A stretch of DNA of 64,000 bases from an uncultured virus (IMG/VR IMGVR_UViG_3300012984_000011) (taxonomy: Duplodnaviria; Heunggongvirae; Uroviricota; Caudoviricetes): IMG/VR virus record IMGVR_UViG_3300012984_000011; one strand, 5' to 3'. The notes beneath the pieces were generated by a model. That model worked only from the letters and a program-made list of their open reading frames with translations. It was not told where the DNA came from and did not search any database. The translations under genes and the position numbers were made by a program. Shown piece after piece: positions 49,323-58,435 of this stretch (position 1 is the stretch's first letter; each line of letters opens with the position of its first letter).

Positions 49323-49495
49323 TAGAATGCTCCACGGATGAGATGGTTGATCAGGTAGACGGAACCTTCACCCAGCTGCTTGACTCGTTCCTGGGCCCTC
49401 CTCTCCGTACCACATGTCCGTTCGTAGCAATAGTACGGCTTTCCACCATCGGCAGGTTTTCTGACGTACTTGTAGACGTAGTAATGGGTTTCCAT
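49319..49495 (-). CDS. hypothetical protein
   Basis: likely start METHYY below TACACC at 49510. Confidence 0.55.
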   Translation of the reverse strand: METHYYVYKYVRKPADGGKPYYCYERTCGTERRAQERVKQLGEGSVYLINHLIRGAFY

Positions 49496-49533
49496 TCGAT
49501 GCTTTCCCCTACACCAGTGGTGTAAGGCCAAAC

Positions 49534-49953
49534 ATGAGTCTAGCTGACGAGATAGTGCGAGCTCTTTCCGATCGATCCCACAACCCCATCGATAGTATGG
49601 CATCGTTTGAAGTGGCTGGGTCATCCCCCATTCATTTGAAGGCCTCTATCGCGATGTTGATGGCCCAAATCAGGTCTGTCTCACATGTTCGAGCCAAAGG
49701 AAGTGAGATCATTTTCTCTGGTGGAATTGGTCATCATGAAATCGCTACCGATGGGTGGGTACAGCTGCCCTTCCCGCTCGACGCTTTGGGGGTGATCCAG
49801 ATGGCGGAGAACTTCTTCAGACAGATGGACCCTAAGGATCAGCCCACATACCCAGACCACGATGGTTCCAACTCGCCTGGCTGGAAGGTGGCCCGAAAAG
49901 GCTATTGGGGAGCCATCAGCGTATCGTTCAAATGGATGGAACACCACAAGTAG
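49534..49953 (+). CDS. hypothetical protein
   Basis: class B motif at 49519 (+15); PDHDGSN..GW. Confidence 0.75.
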   Translation: MSLADEIVRALSDRSHNPIDSMASFEVAGSSPIHLKASIAMLMAQIRSVSHVRAKGSEIIFSGGIGHHEIATDGWVQLPFPLDALGVIQMAENFFRQMDPKDQPTYPDHDGSNSPGWKVARKGYWGAISVSFKWMEHHK

Positions 49954-49990
49954 AGCTTAGGTCTCCTTCAAGACAGCCGTATGGACGTCC

Positions 49991-50380
49991 ATGAAGGTCA
50001 AATTTGCGGATCTAGTGGTTCGCGTTCGAGAAATCGAATTCCCAGAGGTGTGTCCTCGTTGTGGAACTGACCTGACCGTTGAGGGTAGCCTGTTTTCATT
50101 CAGACTGGAACAAGTGGCCTACGTGGTAGGGCTTAGGTCCTTGAAGGATCCGAAGGACAATGACTTCGCCACCCCCGAGGATTCGTACCCTGTTGTTCGT
50201 CCAGTGACGGCGGTCACCTATCTATCGTGTCGTGAGTGTGCGACTGAGCCAGGTTCGGCCTTGATGTCTGGTGAAGAGAAGGTGCTTCAGCCTGACCCTG
50301 CTGAGTTGGAGCGTCTGCAACAAGAAACGGTTTGGACCCAATCAGTCGATCAACTGATCTTTGGTGGGAACAACTTTTGA
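49991..50380 (+). CDS. Zn-ribbon protein
   Basis: class A variant at 49957 (+34); CPRCG...CREC. Confidence 0.75.
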   Translation: MKVKFADLVVRVREIEFPEVCPRCGTDLTVEGSLFSFRLEQVAYVVGLRSLKDPKDNDFATPEDSYPVVRPVTAVTYLSCRECATEPGSALMSGEEKVLQPDPAELERLQQETVWTQSVDQLIFGGNNF

Positions 50381-50400
50381 CTTCGGTGTATTGAGGCAAG

Positions 50401-50661
50401 ATGGCGAAATTGCGTGATTATGTGCTGAAGAGCTGGATGACCGAACGAGCAGGAGATGCAGTGTCGGTCCGGCATCTCAAGGGTCGTGGGGTGCTGATCC
50501 AGCGAGACAAGGGTTATTGGGCCTCGGTTGATGAGGATTGGGCATTGGTGGGGTTGATGCCCAACCAGAAGCTTCAGCAACCGACGGTCGGACCGTTCCG
50601 TACCCTCAAGGAAGCCTTTGAGGCTTTCGAGAGCGAACTGCCCATACCCGAGCCCGTCTAG
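50401..50661 (+). CDS. hypothetical protein
   Basis: class B motif at 50385 (+16). Confidence 0.75.
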   Translation: MAKLRDYVLKSWMTERAGDAVSVRHLKGRGVLIQRDKGYWASVDEDWALVGLMPNQKLQQPTVGPFRTLKEAFEAFESELPIPEPV

Positions 50662-50668
50662 TCAATCT

Positions 50669-51061
50669 ATGGCCACCCACACAGTTATCCTCACCATCCT
50701 AACCCCTGCTTTTGCAGACACCATTTTCGCGTGTTTGATTGGTCGAGGTTGGAAGGTGTCCCCTATCCCTGGCTCCAATGCAAAAGAGTTTTACGATTAT
50801 GTGACAACTGAGGAGAACATTCTAGGGGCTCTTTTGACCTTTCGGCTGGAACCAGCGGGACAATCTTTAGAGAGCACCCATACGATCTCCAAAGCAAATA
50901 AGGACTTGGAGGAGATCTTGAAAGAGAACTCAATCAGCTTCTTTTCCCTTGTAGTCCTGAAGGCCAATATGGGGACCTGCTGGTCCTTGGGTAACATCAA
51001 GACAGCCACACCAGAGCGTCTAACTGCTTGGCAACAGCTAGATTCGAAAGAAATCCAGTAA
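50669..51061 (+). CDS. hypothetical protein
   Basis: start MATHTV after upstream stop. Confidence 0.7.
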   Translation: MATHTVILTILTPAFADTIFACLIGRGWKVSPIPGSNAKEFYDYVTTEENILGALLTFRLEPAGQSLESTHTISKANKDLEEILKENSISFFSLVVLKANMGTCWSLGNIKTATPERLTAWQQLDSKEIQ

Positions 51062-51282
51062 TGAGGCTGAAAGTCGGCGACCGCGTCCGTATGACGGAAG
51101 AACTCAAGAAAGGACTGCTGATCAATGATTGTGCAGAACATGTTGAGGAATTCGGTCATTGTGTGGGCGTGGTCGTCGGTGACGACGGTTATAAGTCCGA
51201 CCCCGCCTTCGATGTCAGGTGGGAGCCAAGTGGGCTCAAGTACGGCTACTGCGGGCGTTGGCTTGAACGGGTGAGTGAATGA
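51061..51282 (+). CDS. SH3-like hypothetical protein
   Basis: LKVGDRVR...GVVV...VRW; TAATG overlap. Confidence 0.7.
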   Translation: MRLKVGDRVRMTEELKKGLLINDCAEHVEEFGHCVGVVVGDDGYKSDPAFDVRWEPSGLKYGYCGRWLERVSE

Positions 51283-51536
51283 TTCGTCAAATACGCAACT
51301 GGTTCAAGTATCGTACCGTCATGAGGGACCGCCGTTGTGTGCTTCTTTGCCGCTGTGGCGAGATCCTCAATGATGACGAGCATGAACCAATTAGGGTCAC
51401 CGAGACAATAGTGGAGCACACATGTCCACATTGTGGGTGTAAAGGTCGATTCGACTTTGGACATCCTTTCTATATGTCGACGAGATTTGTAACAAGGAGC
51501 TGTACCGCCATATTGGCCAGTACTTGGGTCAACTGA
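51279..51536 (+). CDS. Zn-ribbon protein
   Basis: CRCG...CPHCG. Confidence 0.65.
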   Translation: MIRQIRNWFKYRTVMRDRRCVLLCRCGEILNDDEHEPIRVTETIVEHTCPHCGCKGRFDFGHPFYMSTRFVTRSCTAILASTWVN

Positions 51537-51553
51537 TTGGTGTAGGAGTCATC

Positions 51554-52345
51554 ATGTCTAAATGCGAATGTTGTGGTGAACAAGACGCTGATGGTCAAAT
51601 CCTTGGATGGGCCGACTGCCCCAGTTATGGTGTTCAAGACCTACATCTGGCCGCTATCTCGTATGCATGTGCGCCTGGAGCCAGGGCCGAGAATCCAGAA
51701 GTCGTAGTGGCTTTGGGTCGACGCATCCGAGCCCGTCGTGCAGGCTTCTACGGTAAACAACCTACCAAACTCCCCGAAACCCTGCCAGATGGTACGGTGG
51801 TCAGGACTCATGCTGGAAACTATAAGCTGCATGGTACGGTAAAACTGTACGGAGAGGTATATCAGGGGAGATGGTTGTCCGAAGATCGTACCTCTCAAGC
51901 GGGGTTCATGTACCCACGTGATGTCGATTGGACCCAGATTAAGAGGTCAGAGGGAACCCAGAGTGCCGTCTATACCATTTATCTGGTAGCCAGAGAATTT
52001 GTTCATTCCTGGGTAACTGGAACCGCCGCCCACTCTCAGCTGACCTTTTTGAAAGACTCTGAGATCTACTATGATGGGAAGGAACAGGTCATCCTACGGA
52101 ACGGATCTCCTATGAAGATCGCTGCTCTTGAGAGAGCGATCGAATGCGGCTTTTTGACCCTCAAGGAAGGTCAGAAGAACCCCAATAAGGAGCAGGTCTC
52201 ACGCTACAACGGCTCAGATGTGGAGGCCGACCGCCTGGTTGCTGCGAAGATGCGGGATCAAGGTTTGACCAAGGATAAGAACCAAGCATCCCCCGCCACA
52301 CGTTCGTGGCCCGAAGCCTGGTCGACCCCCACCTGGGAAAGTTGA
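51554..52345 (+). CDS. hypothetical protein
   Basis: class B motif at 51539 (+15). Confidence 0.75.
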   Translation: MSKCECCGEQDADGQILGWADCPSYGVQDLHLAAISYACAPGARAENPEVVVALGRRIRARRAGFYGKQPTKLPETLPDGTVVRTHAGNYKLHGTVKLYGEVYQGRWLSEDRTSQAGFMYPRDVDWTQIKRSEGTQSAVYTIYLVAREFVHSWVTGTAAHSQLTFLKDSEIYYDGKEQVILRNGSPMKIAALERAIECGFLTLKEGQKNPNKEQVSRYNGSDVEADRLVAAKMRDQGLTKDKNQASPATRSWPEAWSTPTWES

Positions 52346-52401
52346 CGTTGAGAACGGAGCAGGGACCTTAACTTTCATTTCCTTGCTCCGTTCTAGATGG
52401 T

Positions 52402-52701
52402 ATGTGTAAAACCATCATTTTAGCGTTCCTAGTACTAACCTCATGTTCAGGTCAGGATCCTGACCAGAAGCCAGCCGTCCCAGACTCCTGCTATCTGCAT
52501 GATGCGGCTGATTTCAACTACGGCACTTTCAAGTGTGACCCTCAGACGGCTGACACCTGTGCGTTCGGTGCCCACAACACTCCTGTGCCGCTAGATAGTT
52601 CGGGTGACCCGCTGGCCTACTACTGCACCTGTTCGGGAGATCACTACTCTTGCTGGGGTGTCAGCTGGTTCGTCAAAGCAGACCCACTTCCGAAGCCTTG
52701 A
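52402..52701 (+). CDS. Cys-rich lipoprotein
   Basis: lipobox LTSC; class A motif at 52368 (+34). Confidence 0.75.
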   Translation: MCKTIILAFLVLTSCSGQDPDQKPAVPDSCYLHDAADFNYGTFKCDPQTADTCAFGAHNTPVPLDSSGDPLAYYCTCSGDHYSCWGVSWFVKADPLPKP

Positions 52702-52728
52702 GTCCAGGATTTGGTGTAATGCCTCACC

Positions 52729-53217
52729 ATGAGAGTGGTGATTTTGATTGGGCTACCAGGCGCTGGGAAATCTACTTGGATCAAGCGAAACACTTGGGGG
52801 GACGTTTCGATTTGCAGTGCCGATCATTGGCATGAAGGTCCAGGTGGATACAGCTTTGAAATAGAGGATCGGAGTTTGGCTCATGGGGCTTGTTTGCGCA
52901 AGTTCGTCAATCTGGTGTCCACCCCCATGCACTATTATCGGACCACCACTCCATTGTCTAGAGAATCGACGGTTGTGGTCGATAACACCAATGTGATGTT
53001 GTACGATCTTGCGCCTTACGTTCAGATAGCGTCGGCTTTTGGGCATTTTCCAGAGTTGGTGTTGCTGGAATGTCCGGTAGAGGTCAGCCATGCTAGGAAT
53101 GTGCATCAAGTACCTCTTAGTGTGATTGAGCACATGGATTACTGTCTTACCCGACTGATCGAGAACTGGCCAAACTATTGGCAACCCCCGCACAAGGTCC
53201 CTTTCGGTGGTGTATGA
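52729..53217 (+). CDS. P-loop kinase (AAA_33/polynucleotide-kinase-like)
   Basis: GLPGAGKST, SAD, VVVDNTN, RNVH.VP. Confidence 0.85.
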   Translation: MRVVILIGLPGAGKSTWIKRNTWGDVSICSADHWHEGPGGYSFEIEDRSLAHGACLRKFVNLVSTPMHYYRTTTPLSRESTVVVDNTNVMLYDLAPYVQIASAFGHFPELVLLECPVEVSHARNVHQVPLSVIEHMDYCLTRLIENWPNYWQPPHKVPFGGV

Positions 53218-53223
53218 CCTGTC

Positions 53224-54123
53224 ATGTGTTGTGTCATCGAATCTGGTACTGAGCTTTCCAACACCGTCATCTATTCAGCTGAAGTGGATCATCCCACAGA
53301 AGATGGGGTTGAGACAGTCCACGTCCTGGGTTATCAAAATAGTGTGACGGCCTACAGGCGAGGCCCGAATGCCATGATCCTACCCATCCCTGCCCTGGGT
53401 TCATTGGGTCCGGCTAATGTGGTGGATGCGAGCGGCTTCAAAGACATCTTGTCTGAATACCATCAAGCGATCGAGCATCTTAAACCCAAGCAGAAAAGCT
53501 TTTCCAGAAGCTTCTCTTTGAGTGAAGACGATGACGAAGATGTGTTGGGTGCAGTAGCCTTCGAGATCATTGACTCCGGTGCCTATACGGTAGCGCTGTC
53601 CAATTCAGCGGCTGGTTTGAATCTAGCGTTGAAAGAAGTTCCGTCCAACAAACGCCCCCATATCCCTGAGGCTTTCTTGGACGAATTGGGGCGTCTATAT
53701 CCAGAATGGCCAATCGCCATTTGTTGCTTTGATATGCAGGATATGCGGGGTGAAAGCACCGATCCGATATTCTGGTGGTACCGTCCTAGGGCCGGCTTTG
53801 AAAACACATTGTTCGCTCCTGCGATCGACGCTCATGACGGACGCCCGCCTCGATTGGATAATTTGGTTCGTCGTGACCATACGTTGATTTTTGGTTCCAA
53901 GCGAGCCGAACAACTGAGACTGGGTGCCGGTATAGGGGATAAGCTGGATCGAATGATCCCTGCCGAGCATCGATGGATGTTCACTTCTGGGATTAGAGGT
54001 GGGTTCATCAACAATGGGAATCGTACCAAGAATGGGGATTTCACCATGTTGTTGGATGATGTGTTGGACCCTAAGAAGAGCTCCTTCGTGAACAATTTTA
54101 CGGTCTACCAACCATCCCCATGA
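53224..54123 (+). CDS. conserved-looking hypothetical protein (possibly DUF2330-like)
   Basis: YQN...NAMILPIP; class B motif at 53209. Confidence 0.7.
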   Translation: MCCVIESGTELSNTVIYSAEVDHPTEDGVETVHVLGYQNSVTAYRRGPNAMILPIPALGSLGPANVVDASGFKDILSEYHQAIEHLKPKQKSFSRSFSLSEDDDEDVLGAVAFEIIDSGAYTVALSNSAAGLNLALKEVPSNKRPHIPEAFLDELGRLYPEWPIAICCFDMQDMRGESTDPIFWWYRPRAGFENTLFAPAIDAHDGRPPRLDNLVRRDHTLIFGSKRAEQLRLGAGIGDKLDRMIPAEHRWMFTSGIRGGFINNGNRTKNGDFTMLLDDVLDPKKSSFVNNFTVYQPSP

Positions 54124-55064
54124 TGCTTGAGGGGCAAGCCTCCCTTTATCTTGGGGACAGTCTGCAGTTCTACAGAGATTGGCCCAAGCCAACCGTCATC
54201 ATCTCAGATGGGGCGTACGGTCTATTGGGCTTCGAAGGAGACACCTCCGATCATCTCAGCATACCGCCTTGGTATGAGCCTCATGTGAGGCTTTGGTCGG
54301 AGCTAGCCTTGCCCCAAACTACCCTCTGGTTCTGGAATACCGAGATAGGGTGGGCGTCCGCTCACCCATTGTTGGAGCGATATGGCTGGCGGTATCAAAA
54401 CCTCAATGTGTGGAACAAGGGACTTCAGCACATTGCAGGCAACGTAGATACGAAGAAAATACGCCGCTTCCCTGTCGTGACCGAGATATGTTGTCAGTAC
54501 GTGTTTGAGCCAAAGGTTGCCTGTTCCACGCTCAAACAGTGGTTGCTGCGGGAATGGAGGCGTACTGGACTGACCCTCAAATCAGCCAACGAGGCTTGTG
54601 GGGTCAAGGATGCGGCTACTCGAAAGTACCTCAATCAAGGACGACTCTGGTACTTTCCCCCAGTGCAGGCGATGCAACTGATGGTCAATCATGCCAATCA
54701 ACATGGTAGACCCGAGGGACGTCCCTATTTCTCACTTGATGGTCAGCATCCCGTCACCCCATCTGAGTGGAAACTGATGAGAGCTAAGTTCAACTGCCCT
54801 CATGGGGTGACCAATTGTTGGAACCGAGGTCCAGTCAATGGGCATGAGAGGGTCAAGGTGGGGACCAAAATGCTGCATCCCAATCAGAAGCCCCTCGACC
54901 TGATGAGTCGCCTGATCGAAGCTTCATCTGACCCAGGGGATGTGGTGTGGGAACCCTTTGGCGGCCTGTTCAGTGGCTCGCTGGCTGCCAAACGGCTAGG
55001 CCGTCGAGCCTTTGGGGCAGAGCTCCAGCCTATCTACTATGAGGCTGGTATAGCCCGTTTTTGA
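54120..55064 (+). CDS. site-specific DNA methyltransferase (N4-C/N6-A, beta class)
   Basis: GDS, ISDGAY (motif IV variant), HPNQKP, VWEPFGG (motif I). Confidence 0.9.
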   Translation: MMLEGQASLYLGDSLQFYRDWPKPTVIISDGAYGLLGFEGDTSDHLSIPPWYEPHVRLWSELALPQTTLWFWNTEIGWASAHPLLERYGWRYQNLNVWNKGLQHIAGNVDTKKIRRFPVVTEICCQYVFEPKVACSTLKQWLLREWRRTGLTLKSANEACGVKDAATRKYLNQGRLWYFPPVQAMQLMVNHANQHGRPEGRPYFSLDGQHPVTPSEWKLMRAKFNCPHGVTNCWNRGPVNGHERVKVGTKMLHPNQKPLDLMSRLIEASSDPGDVVWEPFGGLFSGSLAAKRLGRRAFGAELQPIYYEAGIARF

Positions 55065-55101
55065 CCCTTAACTTCCACATCTGATGGCCGTCAGGATGGG
55101 T

Positions 55102-55533
55102 ATGACAATTGATCGGGAACTATTTCAAGAATACGGCATCACTCCGGATCACGCCCTCTACCCAGGGCATCCAGTGACGATCGCCTTCTGCATCCTCAAG
55201 GCGTTCGACAATTTCGAACAAGCTACCGAGAAACCGTATGGGGACAACACCCCCAAAGCGGTCGCCTCAAGGCTGATTCCTGGCTCTGGGGGATGTGTCT
55301 ACAGTGCGTTGGACTTCCTATCAGCACTCCGCAAAGGGGCCGGCTTGGAAGCCGCCTTCGAACAAGCTGATGCGACTTGGTGTCGGGTGGACGGTCAGAA
55401 AGAGGGTGGCGGCAGTTACGCCAAGGACGAAGCAGACCGCCAACGCTTCATCCAACGTTGGAAAGATGGTCAAGCCCAGGCCGACTTGATCAAGCCGTTG
55501 TTCAAAGATCGGGAATCATGGTGGTTGCCCTGA
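55102..55533 (+). CDS. hypothetical protein
   Basis: class A motif at 55068 (+34). Confidence 0.75.
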   Translation: MTIDRELFQEYGITPDHALYPGHPVTIAFCILKAFDNFEQATEKPYGDNTPKAVASRLIPGSGGCVYSALDFLSALRKGAGLEAAFEQADATWCRVDGQKEGGGSYAKDEADRQRFIQRWKDGQAQADLIKPLFKDRESWWLP

Positions 55534-55799
55534 TGTCGGCGAAAGTAGACCAGGATTTCTATCGCCTATTCACTTGGGCGGTGATCAAATACTTGTGTCA
55601 AGTCAAGCAGCTGACCCACACCATCACACCCGAAGTGACGGTAGATCTGTTGAGCGTGGAAGGGGTAAGAAATAAGCTGAAGATCACTTCCGAGCTAGAC
55701 GGGGTGTCGGAAGACATCTACCCTATCTTGCGACGCTTTCGAAAGCGATCACGAGCAAGCCGGCTGAGGCTTGTGACTAGGATTTTGAAAGGACACTAA
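55533..55799 (+). CDS. hypothetical protein
   Basis: TGATG overlap. Confidence 0.6.
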   Translation: MSAKVDQDFYRLFTWAVIKYLCQVKQLTHTITPEVTVDLLSVEGVRNKLKITSELDGVSEDIYPILRRFRKRSRASRLRLVTRILKGH

Positions 55800-55890
55800 A
55801 TGTCATTCAATCACTACGATGGTTACCTGGATGTTCGGGAACACCGTCACATCCGATTGAGCCGGCGAGATGTTAGGGCTCAAGCCAAGA

Positions 55891-56268
55891 TCACTGAGCT
55901 TTTGAAGCCCCCTGCCACCTCGTCACACGAAAGTCCCGAAGACTCGGAACTCCCGGAAACGGTTCGTACCTTTCCAATCCGTCCAAGATAGCGTCGGCAT
56001 CCTTATCTCGGGTTCGGTAGTACTCGTAGGCCCGCTGGTAGAACGCAGGCCGACTGGGCAACACCTCATCCCAAATTAGCGTGACGGTCAGGATCCCACA
56101 CGCCAACGCAGTCTGACCTCGGTCCAGGTCGATGTTGACCATGATTTGCTCGGCTAGGTCATAACGGCCAGCAAACAGGAATTCCTCCATCATTTCGTAG
56201 AGGTAGTCTAGGGCTTGTGAGGTGCCTAGACGGTAAAGTTTCTCGTAGTCGAATGAGAAATCTTTCAT
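55891..56268 (-). CDS. hypothetical protein (start uncertain)
   Basis: paralog of 43831..44130. Confidence 0.7.
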   Translation of the reverse strand: MKDFSFDYEKLYRLGTSQALDYLYEMMEEFLFAGRYDLAEQIMVNIDLDRGQTALACGILTVTLIWDEVLPSRPAFYQRAYEYYRTRDKDADAILDGLERYEPFPGVPSLRDFRVTRWQGASKAQ

Positions 56269-56325
56269 GTGGGGAACGTACTTGCTTTGACGCACCTTGT
56301 CTAGTAGGTGTTTTGTCGGACGAGT

Positions 56326-56493
56326 TTACACCTCCGGTGGAATGAAGGCGACCATGCGGAAGAACCCGAAGGGTTGCTCTTGCTGGATCCACAACTGAAC
56401 CTCCTGCCAAGCAGCTTCAACTTGTTCGTCTGGTCCAGGGCCGATGAAGGGTTTCCATGTCATTAGATCAGTTGATGATTCGATGATTTTCAT
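56326..56493 (-). CDS. hypothetical protein
   Basis: minus-strand class B motif at 56504-56509 (+16). Confidence 0.65.
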   Translation of the reverse strand: MKIIESSTDLMTWKPFIGPGPDEQVEAAWQEVQLWIQQEQPFGFFRMVAFIPPEV

Positions 56494-56548
56494 CTGGGTG
56501 CGATACACCGGCCTTAACCTTCTGGTTTGGTGTACCGTAGGACCCACC

Positions 56549-56794
56549 ATGGCACAATCATTCGAACAGCAGCTCGACCTATCGGGCAAGATCAAACCCT
56601 TCTATGCTGACGGAAAGAAGGTCAATTTCGACCTGGGGACAGTCAAAGGTACGGGCAAAATTCGAGGCCTGTCTTCTCGACATCTGGTCGACATGTGGAT
56701 CGTCGAGATTGAGACTGCGGAAGGGTTGGACAAATCCTACTATCCCTGGTCCTGTATGGTGATCCAACACACGGCCCTTTCGGCGTTGCCCTGA
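56549..56794 (+). CDS. hypothetical protein
   Basis: class A variant at 56514 (+35). Confidence 0.7.
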   Translation: MAQSFEQQLDLSGKIKPFYADGKKVNFDLGTVKGTGKIRGLSSRHLVDMWIVEIETAEGLDKSYYPWSCMVIQHTALSALP

Positions 56795-56797
56795 ACC

Positions 56798-57043
56798 ATG
56801 CCTCTGACTCGCCGCGCACTCCAAATCTTGGAGGCTATGGCCAGAGGAGCCGCAATTTTCTACATCGACAACGACTCCTGTCACGGACAACATCCTGTCT
56901 TGTGTGAGGGTAGATCCATCTCCAAGGTCACTAGGCCGATGCTCGAATCTTTGCTGACAGCCAATGTGATCTGTGGGAATGGAAAAGCCGACCCAACCTA
57001 TCAGATCACCAATTTGGGGCGGGCAGCGATCAAAGCTCCTTAA
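56798..57043 (+). CDS. probable winged-helix protein
   Basis: LTRRALQILEAM...YQITNLGR. Confidence 0.6.
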   Translation: MPLTRRALQILEAMARGAAIFYIDNDSCHGQHPVLCEGRSISKVTRPMLESLLTANVICGNGKADPTYQITNLGRAAIKAP

Positions 57044-57073
57044 TTTCCCTACAGATGGGTCGTTTGTTCAATC

Positions 57074-57913
57074 ATGAACCACCTGCCCCAAAATCTATCC
57101 GGCGCCACCTCTGATGAGCAGTTGCTGGATTTGTGGCTCAGCGGTCGCCCTCCGGCCTCCAAGACGGCCTACCGTCCAGTAGCACTAAAGTTCCTCCAAG
57201 AGCTACCTAACGGCCTCCAGGGGGCAACAGCCACTCAGGTGTTGGGATGGGCCGAGTCGCTGAATGGGATGCCCGCCACCGTGGCGAGGAAGATCAGCAC
57301 CATCAAGAGTTTGCTCAGTTTCGGCCATCGGACTGGCTACCTGGTTTTCAATATTGGGCTGATCCTCAAGGCCCCCAAGGTGCCAGATACGTTGAACGAG
57401 CGGATCATTGAGGAAGAGGGGGTGGAGCAAGTCATCAATGCAGCTGACCATGGGCGTAACAAGACGCTGATCCGCTTCCTCTACGCTTCTGGGGTGCGGA
57501 TCGCCGAGGCGGTCGGCCTCCGATTCAAAGACCTGCAGGACTTCCGAGTAACGGTTCATGGGAAAGGCCGCCGGACACGAACCATCATGCTTCCTAGCAC
57601 GATTGCGGACGAACTGAGGGCTTTGCGCAAGAAGCAAGACAAGGATGACGCCCCTATCTTCAAGTCTTTGCGGGGCCGCCAACTCAGCACCAGGGATGCC
57701 CGCCGTATTGTGAAGAGAACTGGCCTGGAGGCAGGAGTCAAGGCTTGGCCACATCTGTTCCGACACTGTCACGCCAGTCATGCCATGCAATCCGGCGCAT
57801 CTCTCATCCTTATCTCAAAGACGTTGGGGCATCAAAACATCGCCACCACTTCCCGCTATCTCCATGCTCGCCCCCAAGACGGCAGTAGTCGTTTTCTACG
57901 CTTGGTCAAGTGA
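57074..57913 (+). CDS. tyrosine recombinase (XerC/D-like)
   Basis: catalytic R (GVRIAE), K (GKG), HLFRH, LGH, Y (TSRY). Confidence 0.93.
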   Translation: MNHLPQNLSGATSDEQLLDLWLSGRPPASKTAYRPVALKFLQELPNGLQGATATQVLGWAESLNGMPATVARKISTIKSLLSFGHRTGYLVFNIGLILKAPKVPDTLNERIIEEEGVEQVINAADHGRNKTLIRFLYASGVRIAEAVGLRFKDLQDFRVTVHGKGRRTRTIMLPSTIADELRALRKKQDKDDAPIFKSLRGRQLSTRDARRIVKRTGLEAGVKAWPHLFRHCHASHAMQSGASLILISKTLGHQNIATTSRYLHARPQDGSSRFLRLVK

Positions 57914-58212
57914 TGCAAGAATTGCCGGAACCTGAGTGGGTCAGAATCGCAGACCTTCACACCCTGAGGGATTACTACACCCGTATCCGAAAAGGGATGT
58001 TGAGACGCTACGGGCTTTGGACTCTTGCCTACCTGATCTTGTTTCTGGTGACCGGATTGTTGGTCGGATTGTCTTGGTCAAGAGCCCTGTTGGCCAGCTC
58101 GGTATCGTTGCTGTGCCCGTTGGCTGGATTGGTAGACTGGATCCGAACCACACACAAGATTGAGACCTTCTCGGCCGAGATTGCCAAGACGGGCGTCAAT
58201 CTTCGGCGTTGA
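57910..58212 (+). CDS. membrane protein
   Basis: 2 TM segments; overlap. Confidence 0.65.
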   Translation: MMQELPEPEWVRIADLHTLRDYYTRIRKGMLRRYGLWTLAYLILFLVTGLLVGLSWSRALLASSVSLLCPLAGLVDWIRTTHKIETFSAEIAKTGVNLRR

Positions 58213-58435
58213 ACCAAGGGAAAGACAGTTGCTCTGATCCATTCCGATATCTTCGGATGGTGTTGACCCGTTGGGATAATTCTGGGTAATCCTTCATGTC
58301 CCCTGAATGACGGCAGCCGTGACATAAGAATTTGTCGTTTGGCCAGATGGTCAGAGAAGGGGTCTTTTCACGATGAAAGCAACATAGGACTGTAACTTGT
58401 CCCGAGCTACTGATCCGTTCACGTCGGGACGTCAT
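58196..58435 (-). CDS. stand-alone CHC2 (primase-type) zinc-finger protein
   Basis: CCFHREKTPSL...FLCHGC..SGD; start MTSRRER. Confidence 0.75.
   Translation of the reverse strand: MTSRRERISSSGQVTVLCCFHREKTPSLTIWPNDKFLCHGCRHSGDMKDYPELSQRVNTIRRYRNGSEQLSFPWFNAED

Noticed and set aside
12283..53217. Several proteins ending in GV or V (12037, 19494, 38993, 52729, 24813, 26297) as a C-terminal tag
   Set aside because: Explained at DNA level by the GGTGTA box of the next gene overlapping the stop codon
55800..55991. 63-aa + strand ORF
   Set aside because: About half overlaps the convergent 55891 gene, which has paralog support; evidence too weak to call
100..57074. Recurring TTAAC...CCGTT units as a CRISPR array or dispersed repeat element
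   Set aside because: Copies are irregularly spaced, the middle is variable, each precedes a gene at fixed distance, and no cas genes are present; a promoter explains them better
57074..57913. Recombinase as a prophage integrase marking a host junction
   Set aside because: Phage-like small genes and the same promoter motifs continue on both sides; no att duplication, tRNA target or host housekeeping genes are seen
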